Of a DNA stretch of 64,000 nt, positions 22,378 through 32,520 are shown in pieces. The stretch comes from SAR86 cluster bacterium SAR86A (GTDB lineage Bacteria > Pseudomonadota > Gammaproteobacteria > Magnimaribacterales > D2472). Below the pieces are notes generated by a model. The model was not told where the DNA came from. It searched no databases and worked only from the letters and a program-made list of their open reading frames with translations. Made by a program: the position numbers and the translations under genes. The DNA is taken from positions 253,472 to 317,471 of the forward strand of contig JH611157.1 in the NCBI GenBank assembly GCA_000252525.1, read 5' to 3'. Position 1 is the first letter of the stretch, and every line of letters begins with the position of its first letter.

Positions 22378-23185
22378 ATTATATAAATTAGGTGTTGTTG
22401 GAGATCCAATTGAACATTCACTATCTCCTTTTATCCATTCAAGATTTTCAAGAGAAACGAATATCAATATTGAGTACTTGCCTTTTAAAGTAAAGCAAGA
22501 TGATTTTGCACCCTTCGTTTCTGAGTTTTTCAAAGACTCTTTGTCAAAGGGTCTTAACATAACGCTTCCTCATAAAAAAAATGCTTCAATGCTTGATGGA
22601 GTAATTTCAAAAGAAGCAAAGTATATAAATGCTGTAAATACTATTGTTAAAGATGAGAAGAAAATTTTTTTATACTCAACCGATGGCGTGGGCTTTATTG
22701 ATGATATTAAAAACAAAGGATTTATGTTTGAGGACAACAAAATTTTGATAATAGGCGCTGGCGGTGCTGCAGAAAGTATTCTATATACAGTTGCTCATAA
22801 TAAGCCTAAAGAAATAACTTTGTATAACCGGACTATTGAAAAGGCCGAAAAGTTATGTCGAAAATATTCTCATATTTCTAAAACAGAATCTGTCCTTGAT
22901 CATAACAGCCCATATGACATAGTTATTAATAGCAGCTCAGCTGGACTTACAGGTGAATTTAGACCGATTGAAGAATTAAATATATCAAAAAGTACCATTT
23001 TCTATGACTTAAATTATTCACTGACTGAAACTCCTTTTTGTAAATGGGCAAAAGGAATTTCTAATAATGTTTATGACGGAATTGGCATGTTGGTTCATCA
23101 AGCCGCACATTCTTATAATATGTGGTTCGGTATTTTTCCTGATACAAATAAAGTAATTCAAGATATTGAGGATATGAGAGGATGA
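22370..23185 (+). CDS. aroE: Shikimate dehydrogenase
   Basis: HSLSP, NITLPHK, AVNT, TDGVG, GAGGAA, GIGMLVHQA. Confidence 0.95.
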   Translation: MSKLYKLGVVGDPIEHSLSPFIHSRFSRETNINIEYLPFKVKQDDFAPFVSEFFKDSLSKGLNITLPHKKNASMLDGVISKEAKYINAVNTIVKDEKKIFLYSTDGVGFIDDIKNKGFMFEDNKILIIGAGGAAESILYTVAHNKPKEITLYNRTIEKAEKLCRKYSHISKTESVLDHNSPYDIVINSSSAGLTGEFRPIEELNISKSTIFYDLNYSLTETPFCKWAKGISNNVYDGIGMLVHQAAHSYNMWFGIFPDTNKVIQDIEDMRG

Positions 23186-23391
23186 AACGGTTTGTTCAAT
23201 TTATTGCTGGAGCAATTTGTCCAGATTGCAAAAGCAAAGATACAATCGCCCTTAATCCAACTAATGACGAAATCTATTGCGTTAAATGTAATTTTGTCGA
23301 AAAAAGACCAGAGACTAATGATCTAAAAAAAAATGAAGAAATAAAAGTTATAAACATCAAAGATTATAAAAAGAACAAAGACAACAAATAA
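23182..23391 (+). CDS. YheV-family small zinc-ribbon protein
   Basis: FIAGAICPDC...YCVKC double CxxC pattern. Confidence 0.75.
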   Translation: MKRFVQFIAGAICPDCKSKDTIALNPTNDEIYCVKCNFVEKRPETNDLKKNEEIKVINIKDYKKNKDNK

Positions 23392-23447
23392 TAGAAATTA
23401 GTCAATTAAAACGATATTATATTTCTCGAAAAATTTTGCGATTTCCT

Positions 23448-23476
23448 TTGTTGTATATATATAAATGACTTATAAT
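23448..23476 (+). promoter_or_regulatory. Putative sigma70 promoter of the cox operon
   Basis: TTGTTG (23448-23453), 17 bp spacer, TATAAT (23471-23476). Confidence 0.55.
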
Positions 23477-23526
23477 GCATCATAAGTAAATTTTATTATA
23501 AAGACACACTTGTTTTTGGGCGGATA

Positions 23527-24678
23527 ATGTTTTTTAGACTATTCTCAATCTTACAGAAGAAGGCATTCTTTGCTCTTCTTTTTATATTAAATACTCCTTT
23601 ACTGAACGCGGATTGGTTTGCTCTAAACATGACCAGAGGAATTACAGATATCAGCAACGAAGTATTTGAGCTTCATATGCTTATATTTTGGATTTGTGTA
23701 GCTATAGGTGTTTTAGTATTTTCCGTAATGTTCTATTCGATGTGGGCACATACCAAAAAGAAAAATCCAGTTCCTGCAAAATTCCATGAAAATCACAAAT
23801 TAGAAATTGCATGGACAATAATTCCTTTTCTTATTCTTATTGCAATGGCTGTTCCTGCATCAAAGACACTTGTAAAAATTTACGATGATGAGGCTGGCGA
23901 TATAAATATTCAGGTAACTGGATATCAATGGAAATGGCAATACAGGTATTTAGAGGATGATGTTAGTTTTTTCTCAAATCTTTCAACAGATTTAGATGAA
24001 ATTTATAACTTAGTTCCAAAAGGCGAAAACTATCTTCAAGAAGTTGATGAAATGGTTGTTATTCCTGCAGGTAAAAAAGTTAGATTTTTAATAACTGCAA
24101 ACGATGTAATCCATTCATGGTGGATGCCTGCTTTTGCTATTAAACAAGACGCTATACCAGGATTTGTAAATACCGCCTGGACTATTGTTGATGAGCCTGG
24201 GATTTACAGAGGAAAATGTACAGAGCTTTGTGGGAAAAACCATGGCTTTATGCCGATTGTCGTTAAAGTTGTTGAACAAGATGAGTATGACGAATGGGTA
24301 TATGGAAAAAAACAAGAAGCAATCAAACTTGCTGAACTAACAACTAAAGAATGGACAGCTGAGGAGCTGGTTACAAGAGGTGAGAGTATATATGAAGTAA
24401 ATTGTGTTGCATGTCATCAAACCTCAGGCGAAGGTATTACTGGAATTTTTCCAGCCCTTGCTGGTAGTGATATCGTTATGAATAATAAGGACAGAAATAT
24501 TGAGATTTTAATGGAAGGCGTTCAAGGTGCAGCAATGAACTCTTTTAGTTATTTATCAGAAGTAGAGCTCGCAGCAGTTATTACCTACACGAGACAATCC
24601 TGGGGTAATGCTGAAAAGGGCGATGGCGAAATAGTTGTCCCTAAAGATATTGTAGATTACAAAGAACCAAAAATTTAA
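23527..24678 (+). CDS. coxB: Cytochrome c oxidase subunit II with C-terminal cytochrome c domain
   Basis: DVIHSW, CuA motif CTELCGKNHGFM, C-terminal CVACH. Confidence 0.96.
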   Translation: MFFRLFSILQKKAFFALLFILNTPLLNADWFALNMTRGITDISNEVFELHMLIFWICVAIGVLVFSVMFYSMWAHTKKKNPVPAKFHENHKLEIAWTIIPFLILIAMAVPASKTLVKIYDDEAGDINIQVTGYQWKWQYRYLEDDVSFFSNLSTDLDEIYNLVPKGENYLQEVDEMVVIPAGKKVRFLITANDVIHSWWMPAFAIKQDAIPGFVNTAWTIVDEPGIYRGKCTELCGKNHGFMPIVVKVVEQDEYDEWVYGKKQEAIKLAELTTKEWTAEELVTRGESIYEVNCVACHQTSGEGITGIFPALAGSDIVMNNKDRNIEILMEGVQGAAMNSFSYLSEVELAAVITYTRQSWGNAEKGDGEIVVPKDIVDYKEPKI

Positions 24679-24692
24679 AATAGGAAATTATT

Positions 24693-26276
24693 ATGAGTGC
24701 AGTTATAGAAAATCATCATGACGACCACCATCACGGTCCTGCCAAAGGTATAACAAGGTGGTTGTACACAACCAACCATAAAGATATAGGAACACTCTAC
24801 TTATGGTTTAGTTTTGCCATGTTCTTAATTGGTGGAGCTATGGCTATGGTCATCAGAGCGGAGCTTTTCCAACCAGGCATGCAGATCGTTGAACCAGAAT
24901 TTTATAACCAAATGATTACATTGCATGGCTTGATTATGATTTTTGGTGGAGTCATGCCTGCTTTTGTTGGTTTGGCAAATTGGCTGGTTCCAATGATGAT
25001 TGGTGCGCCAGACATGGCACTACCTAGAATGAATAACTTAAGTTTTTGGATATTGCCTTTTGCGTTTTTTATTCTTTTATCTTCTTTATTTATGGAAGGA
25101 GGAGCACCCAATTTTGGCTGGACTTTTTATGCTCCACTTTCAACAACATATGCACCACCTAGTGTGACGTTCTTTATTTTTTCTGTTCATATAATGGGAG
25201 CTTCCTCAATAATGGGAGCGATAAATGTTGTTGTAACAATTATGAACATGAGAGCTCCAGGTGTTTCATTAATGAAAATGCCACTTTTTGTTTGGTCATG
25301 GTTAATCACTGCATACTTATTGATTGCTGTGATGCCTGTTTTGGCTGGTGCTGTGACAATGATGTTAATGGATATTCACTTTGGTACAAGCTTCTTTAAC
25401 GCAGCCGGAGGCGGAGATCCAGTTCTTTTTCAACATATATTTTGGTTCTTTGGGCACCCAGAAGTTTATATAATGATATTGCCGGCTTTTGGAATTGTTT
25501 CTCACATAATCGAAACTTTTTCTAGAAAACAACTCTTTGGATATTCCTCAATGGTTTGGGCTATGCTCTCTATTGCAATTCTCTCTTTTGTTGTTTGGGC
25601 ACATCATATGTTTACAGTAGGACTTCCTTTAGCTGCAGAAATATTTTTTATGTGGGCAACAATGCTTATTGCTGTTCCTACTGGTGTAAAAGTTTTTAAT
25701 TGGGTAGCTACAATGTTTAGAGGCTCATTAACTTTCGAAACTCCAATGTTGTTCGCGATAGCATTCGTCGTTCTATTTACAATCGGTGGATTATCAGGAT
25801 TAATGCTTGCTATTGTTCCAGCAGATTTTCAATATCATGATACTTATTTTGTTGTTGCGCACTTCCACTATGTATTAGTACCTGGAGCTATATTCTCCAT
25901 TATGGCAGCAGTTTATTATTGGATACCTAAATGGTCTGGAAACATGTATGACGAGAGATTAGGTAAACTTCATTTTTGGTTGTCATTCATTGGTGTTAAC
26001 GTGACTTTTTTCCCACAGCATTTTATCGGTTTGGCTGGCATGCCAAGAAGATATCCAGATTACGCTTTAGTTTTTGCTGATTGGAATATGGTTTCAAGTG
26101 TTGGAGCTTTCCTATTTGGCTTCTCTCAATTACTTTTCCTTTTTATTGTTATTAAAACTGTGATGGGTGGTAAAAAAGCAACTGATCAAGTTTGGGATGG
26201 AGCGAAAGGACTTGAATGGACAGTAGCTTCACCTGCTCCTTATCATACATTTTCTACTCCACCTAAGGTTGATTAA
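24693..26276 (+). CDS. coxA: Cytochrome c oxidase subunit I (A1 type)
   Basis: TNHKDIG, GHPEVY, WAHHM, AHFHY, GMPRR. Confidence 0.98.
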   Translation: MSAVIENHHDDHHHGPAKGITRWLYTTNHKDIGTLYLWFSFAMFLIGGAMAMVIRAELFQPGMQIVEPEFYNQMITLHGLIMIFGGVMPAFVGLANWLVPMMIGAPDMALPRMNNLSFWILPFAFFILLSSLFMEGGAPNFGWTFYAPLSTTYAPPSVTFFIFSVHIMGASSIMGAINVVVTIMNMRAPGVSLMKMPLFVWSWLITAYLLIAVMPVLAGAVTMMLMDIHFGTSFFNAAGGGDPVLFQHIFWFFGHPEVYIMILPAFGIVSHIIETFSRKQLFGYSSMVWAMLSIAILSFVVWAHHMFTVGLPLAAEIFFMWATMLIAVPTGVKVFNWVATMFRGSLTFETPMLFAIAFVVLFTIGGLSGLMLAIVPADFQYHDTYFVVAHFHYVLVPGAIFSIMAAVYYWIPKWSGNMYDERLGKLHFWLSFIGVNVTFFPQHFIGLAGMPRRYPDYALVFADWNMVSSVGAFLFGFSQLLFLFIVIKTVMGGKKATDQVWDGAKGLEWTVASPAPYHTFSTPPKVD

Positions 26277-26833
26277 TGAAAAAAGAAGCAAAAAAAACAT
26301 TAATTAGGCTAGTCGTAGCAGTTCCGTTAATGTTTGCTTTTGGTTTTGCTTTAGTGCCTTTGTATGATGTTTTTTGTGAAGTAACTGGCATTAACGGGAA
26401 GGTATTCCAGTCTGAACATTCCGAAGAATTAGTAACAGAAGATGGAAGACAGATAGCGCTTCAATTTATATCAACTAATAATGAAAACATGCCGTGGACA
26501 TTTAAACCATCTGAACAAGTTTTAAGTATCCAGACTGGTAAATATCACACTGCAACTTTTTATGTGAAAAATACTACGAATAAAACTATGATGGCTCAAG
26601 CAGTTCCAAGCGTCGCACCTTCAAATGCTGCAGAACACTTAAAAAAGCTTGAATGTTTTTGTTTCGAACAACAAGTCTTGAAGCCTGGTGAAGAAGCATT
26701 ATTGCCAGTAAAGCTATTGGTTTCAAATGAGTTACCATCAAATATAAAAAATATTATTCTGTCCTATACTATATTTGATATAACTGACTACAGTGAGAAA
26801 ACATTAGCCCATCATCAGATGGATATGGAGTAA
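26276..26833 (+). CDS. ctaG: Cytochrome c oxidase assembly protein CtaG/Cox11
   Basis: VPLYDVFCEVTG and ECFCF copper motif. Confidence 0.94.
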   Translation: MKKEAKKTLIRLVVAVPLMFAFGFALVPLYDVFCEVTGINGKVFQSEHSEELVTEDGRQIALQFISTNNENMPWTFKPSEQVLSIQTGKYHTATFYVKNTTNKTMMAQAVPSVAPSNAAEHLKKLECFCFEQQVLKPGEEALLPVKLLVSNELPSNIKNIILSYTIFDITDYSEKTLAHHQMDME

Positions 26834-26837
26834 AAAA

Positions 26838-27752
26838 ATGAGTGGGGGAAGCTATTACGTACCAGATCAAAGCAGATTTCCAATATTTATGGCTTTCTCT
26901 TTGTTTCTTCTTGTCATGGGCGCATCTAGCACAATTAATAATTTAGATGACCCAACTAGTAATTCGGTATACATACTATATACAGGTTTTGCATGTCTGT
27001 TTTTGACATTGTTTTTTTGGTTCAGACAAGTAATAAAAGAACATCTTGCTGGACTAGATTCAAATCAATTAAAACAATCTTATGTGTATGGCATGGCTTG
27101 GTTCATATTTTCTGAAGTAATGTTTTTTGCTGCTTTTTTTGGAGCTTTATTTTACGTAAGAACATTCGCAGTACCTTGGTTAGCTGGAGATGGAGCTAAG
27201 GGTGGAGCAATAACAGCAATTGAGTTATGGCCTGCGTTTGAATCTGCTTGGCCTGTTATGACAACCCCAGATCAGGGAAATGAATATGATTTAGCTAAGA
27301 AAAGCATGGCATGGCCAGGCTGGAATCATGCTCTACAGTGGTTACCACTTTGGAATACAATTGTGCTCCTAAGCTCTTCATGGACTGTTCATCTTGCTCA
27401 TCTTGGTTTAAAAAAAGGAAACAGGAAAAAGTTTAATGCTTATCTCGGAGTGACTGTATTATTGGCACTGATTTTTGTTGGACTCCAGGCTCTGGAATAT
27501 TATGAGGCTTACGCACATTATGGCCTTACATTGAACTCTGGTATCTATGGCTCAACCTTCTTTATGCTGACGGGTTTTCATGGTTTCCATGTAATGATGG
27601 GAGGCATCATGTTAGCTGTTATGCTTGCTAGATCAGTTTTTGCAGGTCATTTTGAACAACATGATCATTTTGGTTTCGAAGCTGCTTCTTGGTATTGGCA
27701 TTTTGTTGATGTAGTTTGGCTGATGCTTTTTTTATTTGTCTATATTCTATAA
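26838..27752 (+). CDS. coxC: Cytochrome c oxidase subunit III
   Basis: FIFSEVMFF, TGFHGFHV, WYWHFVDVVW. Confidence 0.97.
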   Translation: MSGGSYYVPDQSRFPIFMAFSLFLLVMGASSTINNLDDPTSNSVYILYTGFACLFLTLFFWFRQVIKEHLAGLDSNQLKQSYVYGMAWFIFSEVMFFAAFFGALFYVRTFAVPWLAGDGAKGGAITAIELWPAFESAWPVMTTPDQGNEYDLAKKSMAWPGWNHALQWLPLWNTIVLLSSSWTVHLAHLGLKKGNRKKFNAYLGVTVLLALIFVGLQALEYYEAYAHYGLTLNSGIYGSTFFMLTGFHGFHVMMGGIMLAVMLARSVFAGHFEQHDHFGFEAASWYWHFVDVVWLMLFLFVYIL

Positions 27753-27971
27753 TTAAGAGTCTTGCCAAGGAACGCTGTTACCTAGCTCGCCAGTGTAAAG
27801 ACCAATCGCAATCAATATGATTAAAACTGTAGCAAAGAAAACTCTAAGGCCTAGCAGATAAACAGTTCTTTTTCTTCCAGTCTCACCCTTATCTACGAGC
27901 AGAAAAAAAAGACCACCAGCAAGAGAGAGAAGCAAAAGAGGTATTACGATATAAATTAAAGTGGTAATCAT
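27753..27971 (-). CDS. Small twin-TM protein (DUF2909-like) of cox clusters
   Basis: Two hydrophobic helices around SLAGGLFFLLVDKG..KRTV..LGLRV; typical antisense position after coxC. Confidence 0.75.
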   Translation of the reverse strand: MITTLIYIVIPLLLLSLAGGLFFLLVDKGETGRKRTVYLLGLRVFFATVLIILIAIGLYTGELGNSVPWQDS

Positions 27972-28005
27972 AATAAAATTTTAAAGCATATATACTTTTA
28001 TAGAT

Positions 28006-28707
28006 ATGAAAAAAAATAAATTTAATCCAGGCGTAAGAATATCAATATTTTTTGTTTTTTTTGCTATTGTTTTTTTCTCCCTCGGACTTTGGCAGATCGA
28101 GAGAGGGCAATCGAAAACCGATCTTTTAAAAGAGTTTAAAAATAATACATTACAGGAACCTAACTATCTAACCGAAGCATCTAAGAAATGGGACAGAGTT
28201 TTTGTAGAAGGGAAATGGGATTCATCCCAGCAAATGTTGATTGATAACGTTATTAATAGGGGTGTAGCAGGTTATAAAGTTTTAACACCATTTAGGATTG
28301 CTGAAACTAACGAAGTTATTTTGATTGATCGAGGATGGATTAAAGGAAATAAATCTAGGGACGATCTTCCAAATGTTAATATGGTTGAAACCTTTGAAAA
28401 AGTTAGTGGAATTTTGGAGTATCCAGAACTTGGACTAGTTTTGTCCGATGAACTAATTTCTGATGCTTGGCCAAAAGTATCACAGACTAAAAACCTAGAA
28501 ATCATCACAAAAGAATACAATGAAAAAATTTATCCTCTAATTTTACTAGCGGACCCAACCAGTAAAAATAGTCTTGAATATATTAAAATTAACCCAACAA
28601 ATATGACACCAGTAAAGCATTATGGATATTCAGCTCAGTGGTTTTTAATGTTTATAGTTCTATGTGTCATGTATGTATGGTTCGGATTTAAAAAAAATGA
28701 AAAGTAA
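28006..28707 (+). CDS. SURF1 family oxidase assembly protein
   Basis: LGLWQIER, GYKVLTP, IDRGW, HYGYSAQWF. Confidence 0.93.
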   Translation: MKKNKFNPGVRISIFFVFFAIVFFSLGLWQIERGQSKTDLLKEFKNNTLQEPNYLTEASKKWDRVFVEGKWDSSQQMLIDNVINRGVAGYKVLTPFRIAETNEVILIDRGWIKGNKSRDDLPNVNMVETFEKVSGILEYPELGLVLSDELISDAWPKVSQTKNLEIITKEYNEKIYPLILLADPTSKNSLEYIKINPTNMTPVKHYGYSAQWFLMFIVLCVMYVWFGFKKNEK

Positions 28708-29248
28708 GTTTTTCTTAGCAGTATTATTGTTAACACCAATTTTGGTGGTTACATTTTCTACTTTATATTTTCTGATGGGAATGTCGCCAGAAGGTACAAA
28801 AAATAATGGAGTTTTTTTCAAGAGTTATTTTGATTTAAATGACTTTAAAAACGGTGAAGGAAAACAAGATTTATTAAAATTCGATGATGGTAAATGGATA
28901 TTATCAGTTTATGTTACAGACATAGAGGCAAGCAAAGAATCTATATATTTAGCCAGACAACTAAATGTTGCATTAAATAGAGACATCAACAAATTAAAAA
29001 GAGTTATGTTTTATTCGAATAAATTGTTACAAGATGATCTTGAAGAAATTAAGTCGCTATATCCTCGCTTAGAAATTGTAGAAGATAGTAACGGAGTTTT
29101 ACTAAATGTATTACAAAGAAACTCAATGCTGGACTTTAATTCCGAAAATCCAATATTTGTAATTGATCCGTATGGAAGGGCTGTGATGTATTTTTTGCCT
29201 GATACTGATCCCAAGTTAATTCTTAAAGACCTAAAGGTGCTAATCTAA
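28664..29248 (+). CDS. Conserved cox-cluster membrane-anchored protein (thioredoxin-like); likely start ATG at 28697
   Basis: N-terminal TM helix, NNG, RQL..AL.RD..KLKR, VIDPYGRAVM.., KDLK; lies between SURF1 and ctaA. Confidence 0.7.
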   Translation: MSCMYGSDLKKMKSKFFLAVLLLTPILVVTFSTLYFLMGMSPEGTKNNGVFFKSYFDLNDFKNGEGKQDLLKFDDGKWILSVYVTDIEASKESIYLARQLNVALNRDINKLKRVMFYSNKLLQDDLEEIKSLYPRLEIVEDSNGVLLNVLQRNSMLDFNSENPIFVIDPYGRAVMYFLPDTDPKLILKDLKVLI

Positions 29249-30222
29249 TGAATCAAATAAAAAATCTTTCTTTAATAGGTATATTCATGGCTTTCGTTGT
29301 GATTGCTCTGGGAGCATGGACCAGACTGGTAGACGCTGGATTAGGTTGTCCAGATTGGCCTGGATGTTATGGCTTTGTATTTTGGCCAAATGATGAGGCA
29401 GAGATAGCTTTAGCAGAAAGTAGATTCCCTATGTTTCCATACGATATTAATAAAGCGATACCTGAACAAGTCCATAGATTATTTGCAGCATCACTTGGTT
29501 TATTAGCAATAATTTTGGTTTACCTATCTTTTAATAAAACAAATAATAAATCTATGCAAAGATGGTCAGCCTTTCTTCTATTGCTAATCTGTTGTCAGGG
29601 TTTATTCGGGTACTTAACTGTAAGCCTCAAACTATTGCCGATAATTGTGACTATTCATCTGTTCGGTGGTTTTGCTACATTAACGCTTTTATATTTTATC
29701 TACTTGAAGTCTAGAAATTTTGAAATATTAAACCAAATGAATATATCAGGTCTCAAAACTATAGCTGCGATAGCTATGCTTGTATTAATTCTTCAGATAT
29801 TTTTAGGGGTTTGGACGAGCACTAATTACGCATCATTAGCTTGTGCTGATTTTCCTACATGTCAAGGCAGCTATATACCTGAAATGGATTTCAAGAGTGG
29901 ATTTAATCTAAATCAAGAAGTTGGACCTAATTATTTGTATGGGCTTCTTGATAATCCTGCAAGAGTAGCTATTCACTATTCACATAGAATATCAGCCCTG
30001 TTTGTTACATTAATATTTTTAATTTTAATGTCGAGATTATGGTTTTCAGATGCAGCACCTCTTGCATCAACATTAGGGATTTTATTGCTAACTCAAATAA
30101 CTTTAGGAATTATTAATGTTGTTTACGTTCTGCCATTGTATGTAGCGATTGCTCATAACTTAGTTGCAGCATGTCTATTATTGGCAATGTTTACAGTTAA
30201 TTATTTAGCTTGGAAAAAATGA
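29248..30222 (+). CDS. ctaA: Heme A synthase (COX15/CtaA)
   Basis: AGLGCPDWPGC, EQVHR, ACADFPTC, HYSHR, AHNL. Confidence 0.93.
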   Translation: MNQIKNLSLIGIFMAFVVIALGAWTRLVDAGLGCPDWPGCYGFVFWPNDEAEIALAESRFPMFPYDINKAIPEQVHRLFAASLGLLAIILVYLSFNKTNNKSMQRWSAFLLLLICCQGLFGYLTVSLKLLPIIVTIHLFGGFATLTLLYFIYLKSRNFEILNQMNISGLKTIAAIAMLVLILQIFLGVWTSTNYASLACADFPTCQGSYIPEMDFKSGFNLNQEVGPNYLYGLLDNPARVAIHYSHRISALFVTLIFLILMSRLWFSDAAPLASTLGILLLTQITLGIINVVYVLPLYVAIAHNLVAACLLLAMFTVNYLAWKK

Positions 30223-31085
30223 CACTCTTAAAAAGCTATTACGCTTTATGTAAACCAAATGTTGTTTATATGATGTTGATATGTGCTTTTGTTGGAATGT
30301 TGCTTGCTGAAGAAGCTGTATCTTCATTTTCTTATCTTTGTATTTCTTTGTTTGGTATTGCATTGTGTGCTTCATCTGCTGCAGCAATCAATCAAGTTAT
30401 TGACAGAAAAACTGATGCATCAATGACCAGAACTGATCAAAGACCATTACCAAAAGGAGAGCTCTCTGTAATGCATGCTTCTATTTTTGCTATGACCATA
30501 GGTGTCATTGGAGCTTTGATTTTATTTTTTTATGTAAACACTTTAACAATGTTGTTAACCATTGGATCCCTCATAGGCTATGCATTTATTTATACGGTCT
30601 ACCTTAAAAGAGCTACTCCACAAAATATTGTTATTGGTGGCCTAGCAGGAGCTGCACCACCTTTACTTGGATGGTCATCTGTAACAAACACAATAGATCC
30701 ATATGCCTTGTTGTTAGTTTTAATAATATTTGTTTGGACTCCTCCTCATTTTTGGGCTTTAGCAATTTATAGAAAAGATGAATATGCAAAGGAGTCAATT
30801 CCCATGATGCCAGTAACTCATGGAGTGTCTTTTACTAAGCTTCAAATAGTCTTATATACAATAATATTATTTATAGTTAGTGTCTTGCCATATATTGTTT
30901 TAATGTCAGGCGTTATATATTTAATTTCAGCGTTAATTCTTAGCTCAGTTTTCTTATATTACTCATTGAAACTTTTTTATAGCGACAATGACGAGGATGC
31001 CATGAGAACTTTCCAATTCTCAATATATTATATTTTTTTAATTTTCTTGGCTTTACTTGCAGACCATTACATAATTATTGATTAA
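30210..31085 (+). CDS. cyoE: Protoheme IX farnesyltransferase; likely start ATG at 30219
   Basis: DRKTDASMTRT..RPLP, LKRATPQNIVIGG, WTPPHFWAL. Confidence 0.96.
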   Translation: MEKMTLLKSYYALCKPNVVYMMLICAFVGMLLAEEAVSSFSYLCISLFGIALCASSAAAINQVIDRKTDASMTRTDQRPLPKGELSVMHASIFAMTIGVIGALILFFYVNTLTMLLTIGSLIGYAFIYTVYLKRATPQNIVIGGLAGAAPPLLGWSSVTNTIDPYALLLVLIIFVWTPPHFWALAIYRKDEYAKESIPMMPVTHGVSFTKLQIVLYTIILFIVSVLPYIVLMSGVIYLISALILSSVFLYYSLKLFYSDNDEDAMRTFQFSIYYIFLIFLALLADHYIIID

Positions 31086-31720
31086 TGACGGTTAAGAAAA
31101 ATATTTTACTGATAGTAATATTTATTTTTGCTGTATTAACTTTATTTATTAATAAATTAACTTCACCGAGAGTTTTAAGCACAAATGAATTATTAATAAA
31201 TGGCCTCTTTTTATACGAAGCCCCAAAAGAAATTTCTGACTTTACTTTTTTTTCCTCAAATAAGAAAGAATTCAGTAAATCAGATCTTCAAGGAAAGTGG
31301 ACATTAATGTATTTTGGTTTTACAAAGTGTCCAGATGAATGCCCAACGACAATGTATCAAATATCAAAACTTATAAAAGTTCTCAGAGAAAAAAACTATC
31401 CTCTTGACGATAAGCAGTGGATTTTAGTTTCTATTGATCCCGAGAGGGATACTCCTGAACAGATTGATAAATATGCCAAAGGATTTGATGAGGCATTTGT
31501 GGGAATTGTTAACAACAGACCAATGTTATTGAGTCTAGCAACTCAGTTATCTGTTAATAATGTTATGCCAAGCTCAGATAAATCAGACCACTCTCATTTA
31601 GATAATCACGTTAACAATATCATTCTACTTAATCCAAATGGAGAGTTTGCTGGAATATTTAGGCCACCCTTTGATTTACCCAGACTTTCTTTGACGTATC
31701 AATCAGTTACTAGTAAGTAA
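31085..31720 (+). CDS. SCO1/SenC copper chaperone
   Basis: FGFTKCPDECP, SIDPERDT. Confidence 0.93.
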   Translation: MTVKKNILLIVIFIFAVLTLFINKLTSPRVLSTNELLINGLFLYEAPKEISDFTFFSSNKKEFSKSDLQGKWTLMYFGFTKCPDECPTTMYQISKLIKVLREKNYPLDDKQWILVSIDPERDTPEQIDKYAKGFDEAFVGIVNNRPMLLSLATQLSVNNVMPSSDKSDHSHLDNHVNNIILLNPNGEFAGIFRPPFDLPRLSLTYQSVTSK

Positions 31721-31724
31721 TTAA

Positions 31725-32519
31725 TTAAAGTTTCTTAAATAAAAGCGTCATTCTGTCGCTTTCACCAATATTAAGATATTTCTCTTTATCTTGTTCTTTC
31801 AATCTTAAAACTGGTGGTAAAGTCCATACGCCTCTTGGGTGATCTTTTGTATCTTTGGGATTTGCATTTATTTCAGATTTTGATATCAATGTAAATCCAT
31901 GCTTTTGTGCAATATTAATTGCATATTCTTCTGTTACATAGCCTGTCTTTCTCATGTCCTCAAGACTCGTACCCGGATTAGCTCTATGCTCAACAACTCC
32001 AAGTATGCCATTTTGCTTAAGTGCCTTATGCGCATTTGAAAAAATTAGATCTATTTGAGGCCCAATCCAATTGTGAAGATTACGAAATGTTAAGACAGCA
32101 TCTACCGAACCTTCATCGGCTAATTTTGAGCTAAGATCAACAACTTTCACATTTTTATACATTGGATTTTGGTTAACTTTATTTTCAAAGTTGTTCCTCA
32201 TTCTTATGTAGAAATCTCTATCAGAGTCCTTATCAAAATGTGCAGCAATAACTACTCCAGGACTATGAATATAGTTGGCAAGAATTTCAGTATACCAGCC
32301 ACCACCTGGCGAAAGTTCTACGACTTTCATGTCTTGTTTAATTTCAAAAAAACTCAATGTTTCGTATGGATTTCTATACTTATCTCTTGAGACGTTTTTT
32401 GAACTACGATCTTTGCTATTAATAGCATTCTCTAGGCTATGAGCATGATTATAGGATGAGAATAAAACTGCTGAAGTAATAAAAAGCAGATAGTGTAAGT
32501 AAAATTTGTTAGTCTTCAT
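31725..32519 (-). CDS. Predicted SAM-dependent methyltransferase with signal peptide
   Basis: Hydrophobic leader ending NHA-H, RDKYRNP, VVELSPGGGWYT, TFRNLHN, GESDRMTL. Confidence 0.8.
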   Translation of the reverse strand: MKTNKFYLHYLLFITSAVLFSSYNHAHSLENAINSKDRSSKNVSRDKYRNPYETLSFFEIKQDMKVVELSPGGGWYTEILANYIHSPGVVIAAHFDKDSDRDFYIRMRNNFENKVNQNPMYKNVKVVDLSSKLADEGSVDAVLTFRNLHNWIGPQIDLIFSNAHKALKQNGILGVVEHRANPGTSLEDMRKTGYVTEEYAINIAQKHGFTLISKSEINANPKDTKDHPRGVWTLPPVLRLKEQDKEKYLNIGESDRMTLLFKKL

Positions 32520-32520
32520 A

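Noticed and set aside
23527-24678. CoxB-cytochrome c fusion as a novelty
   Set aside because: C-terminal cytochrome c domains on subunit II are common in gammaproteobacterial oxidases.
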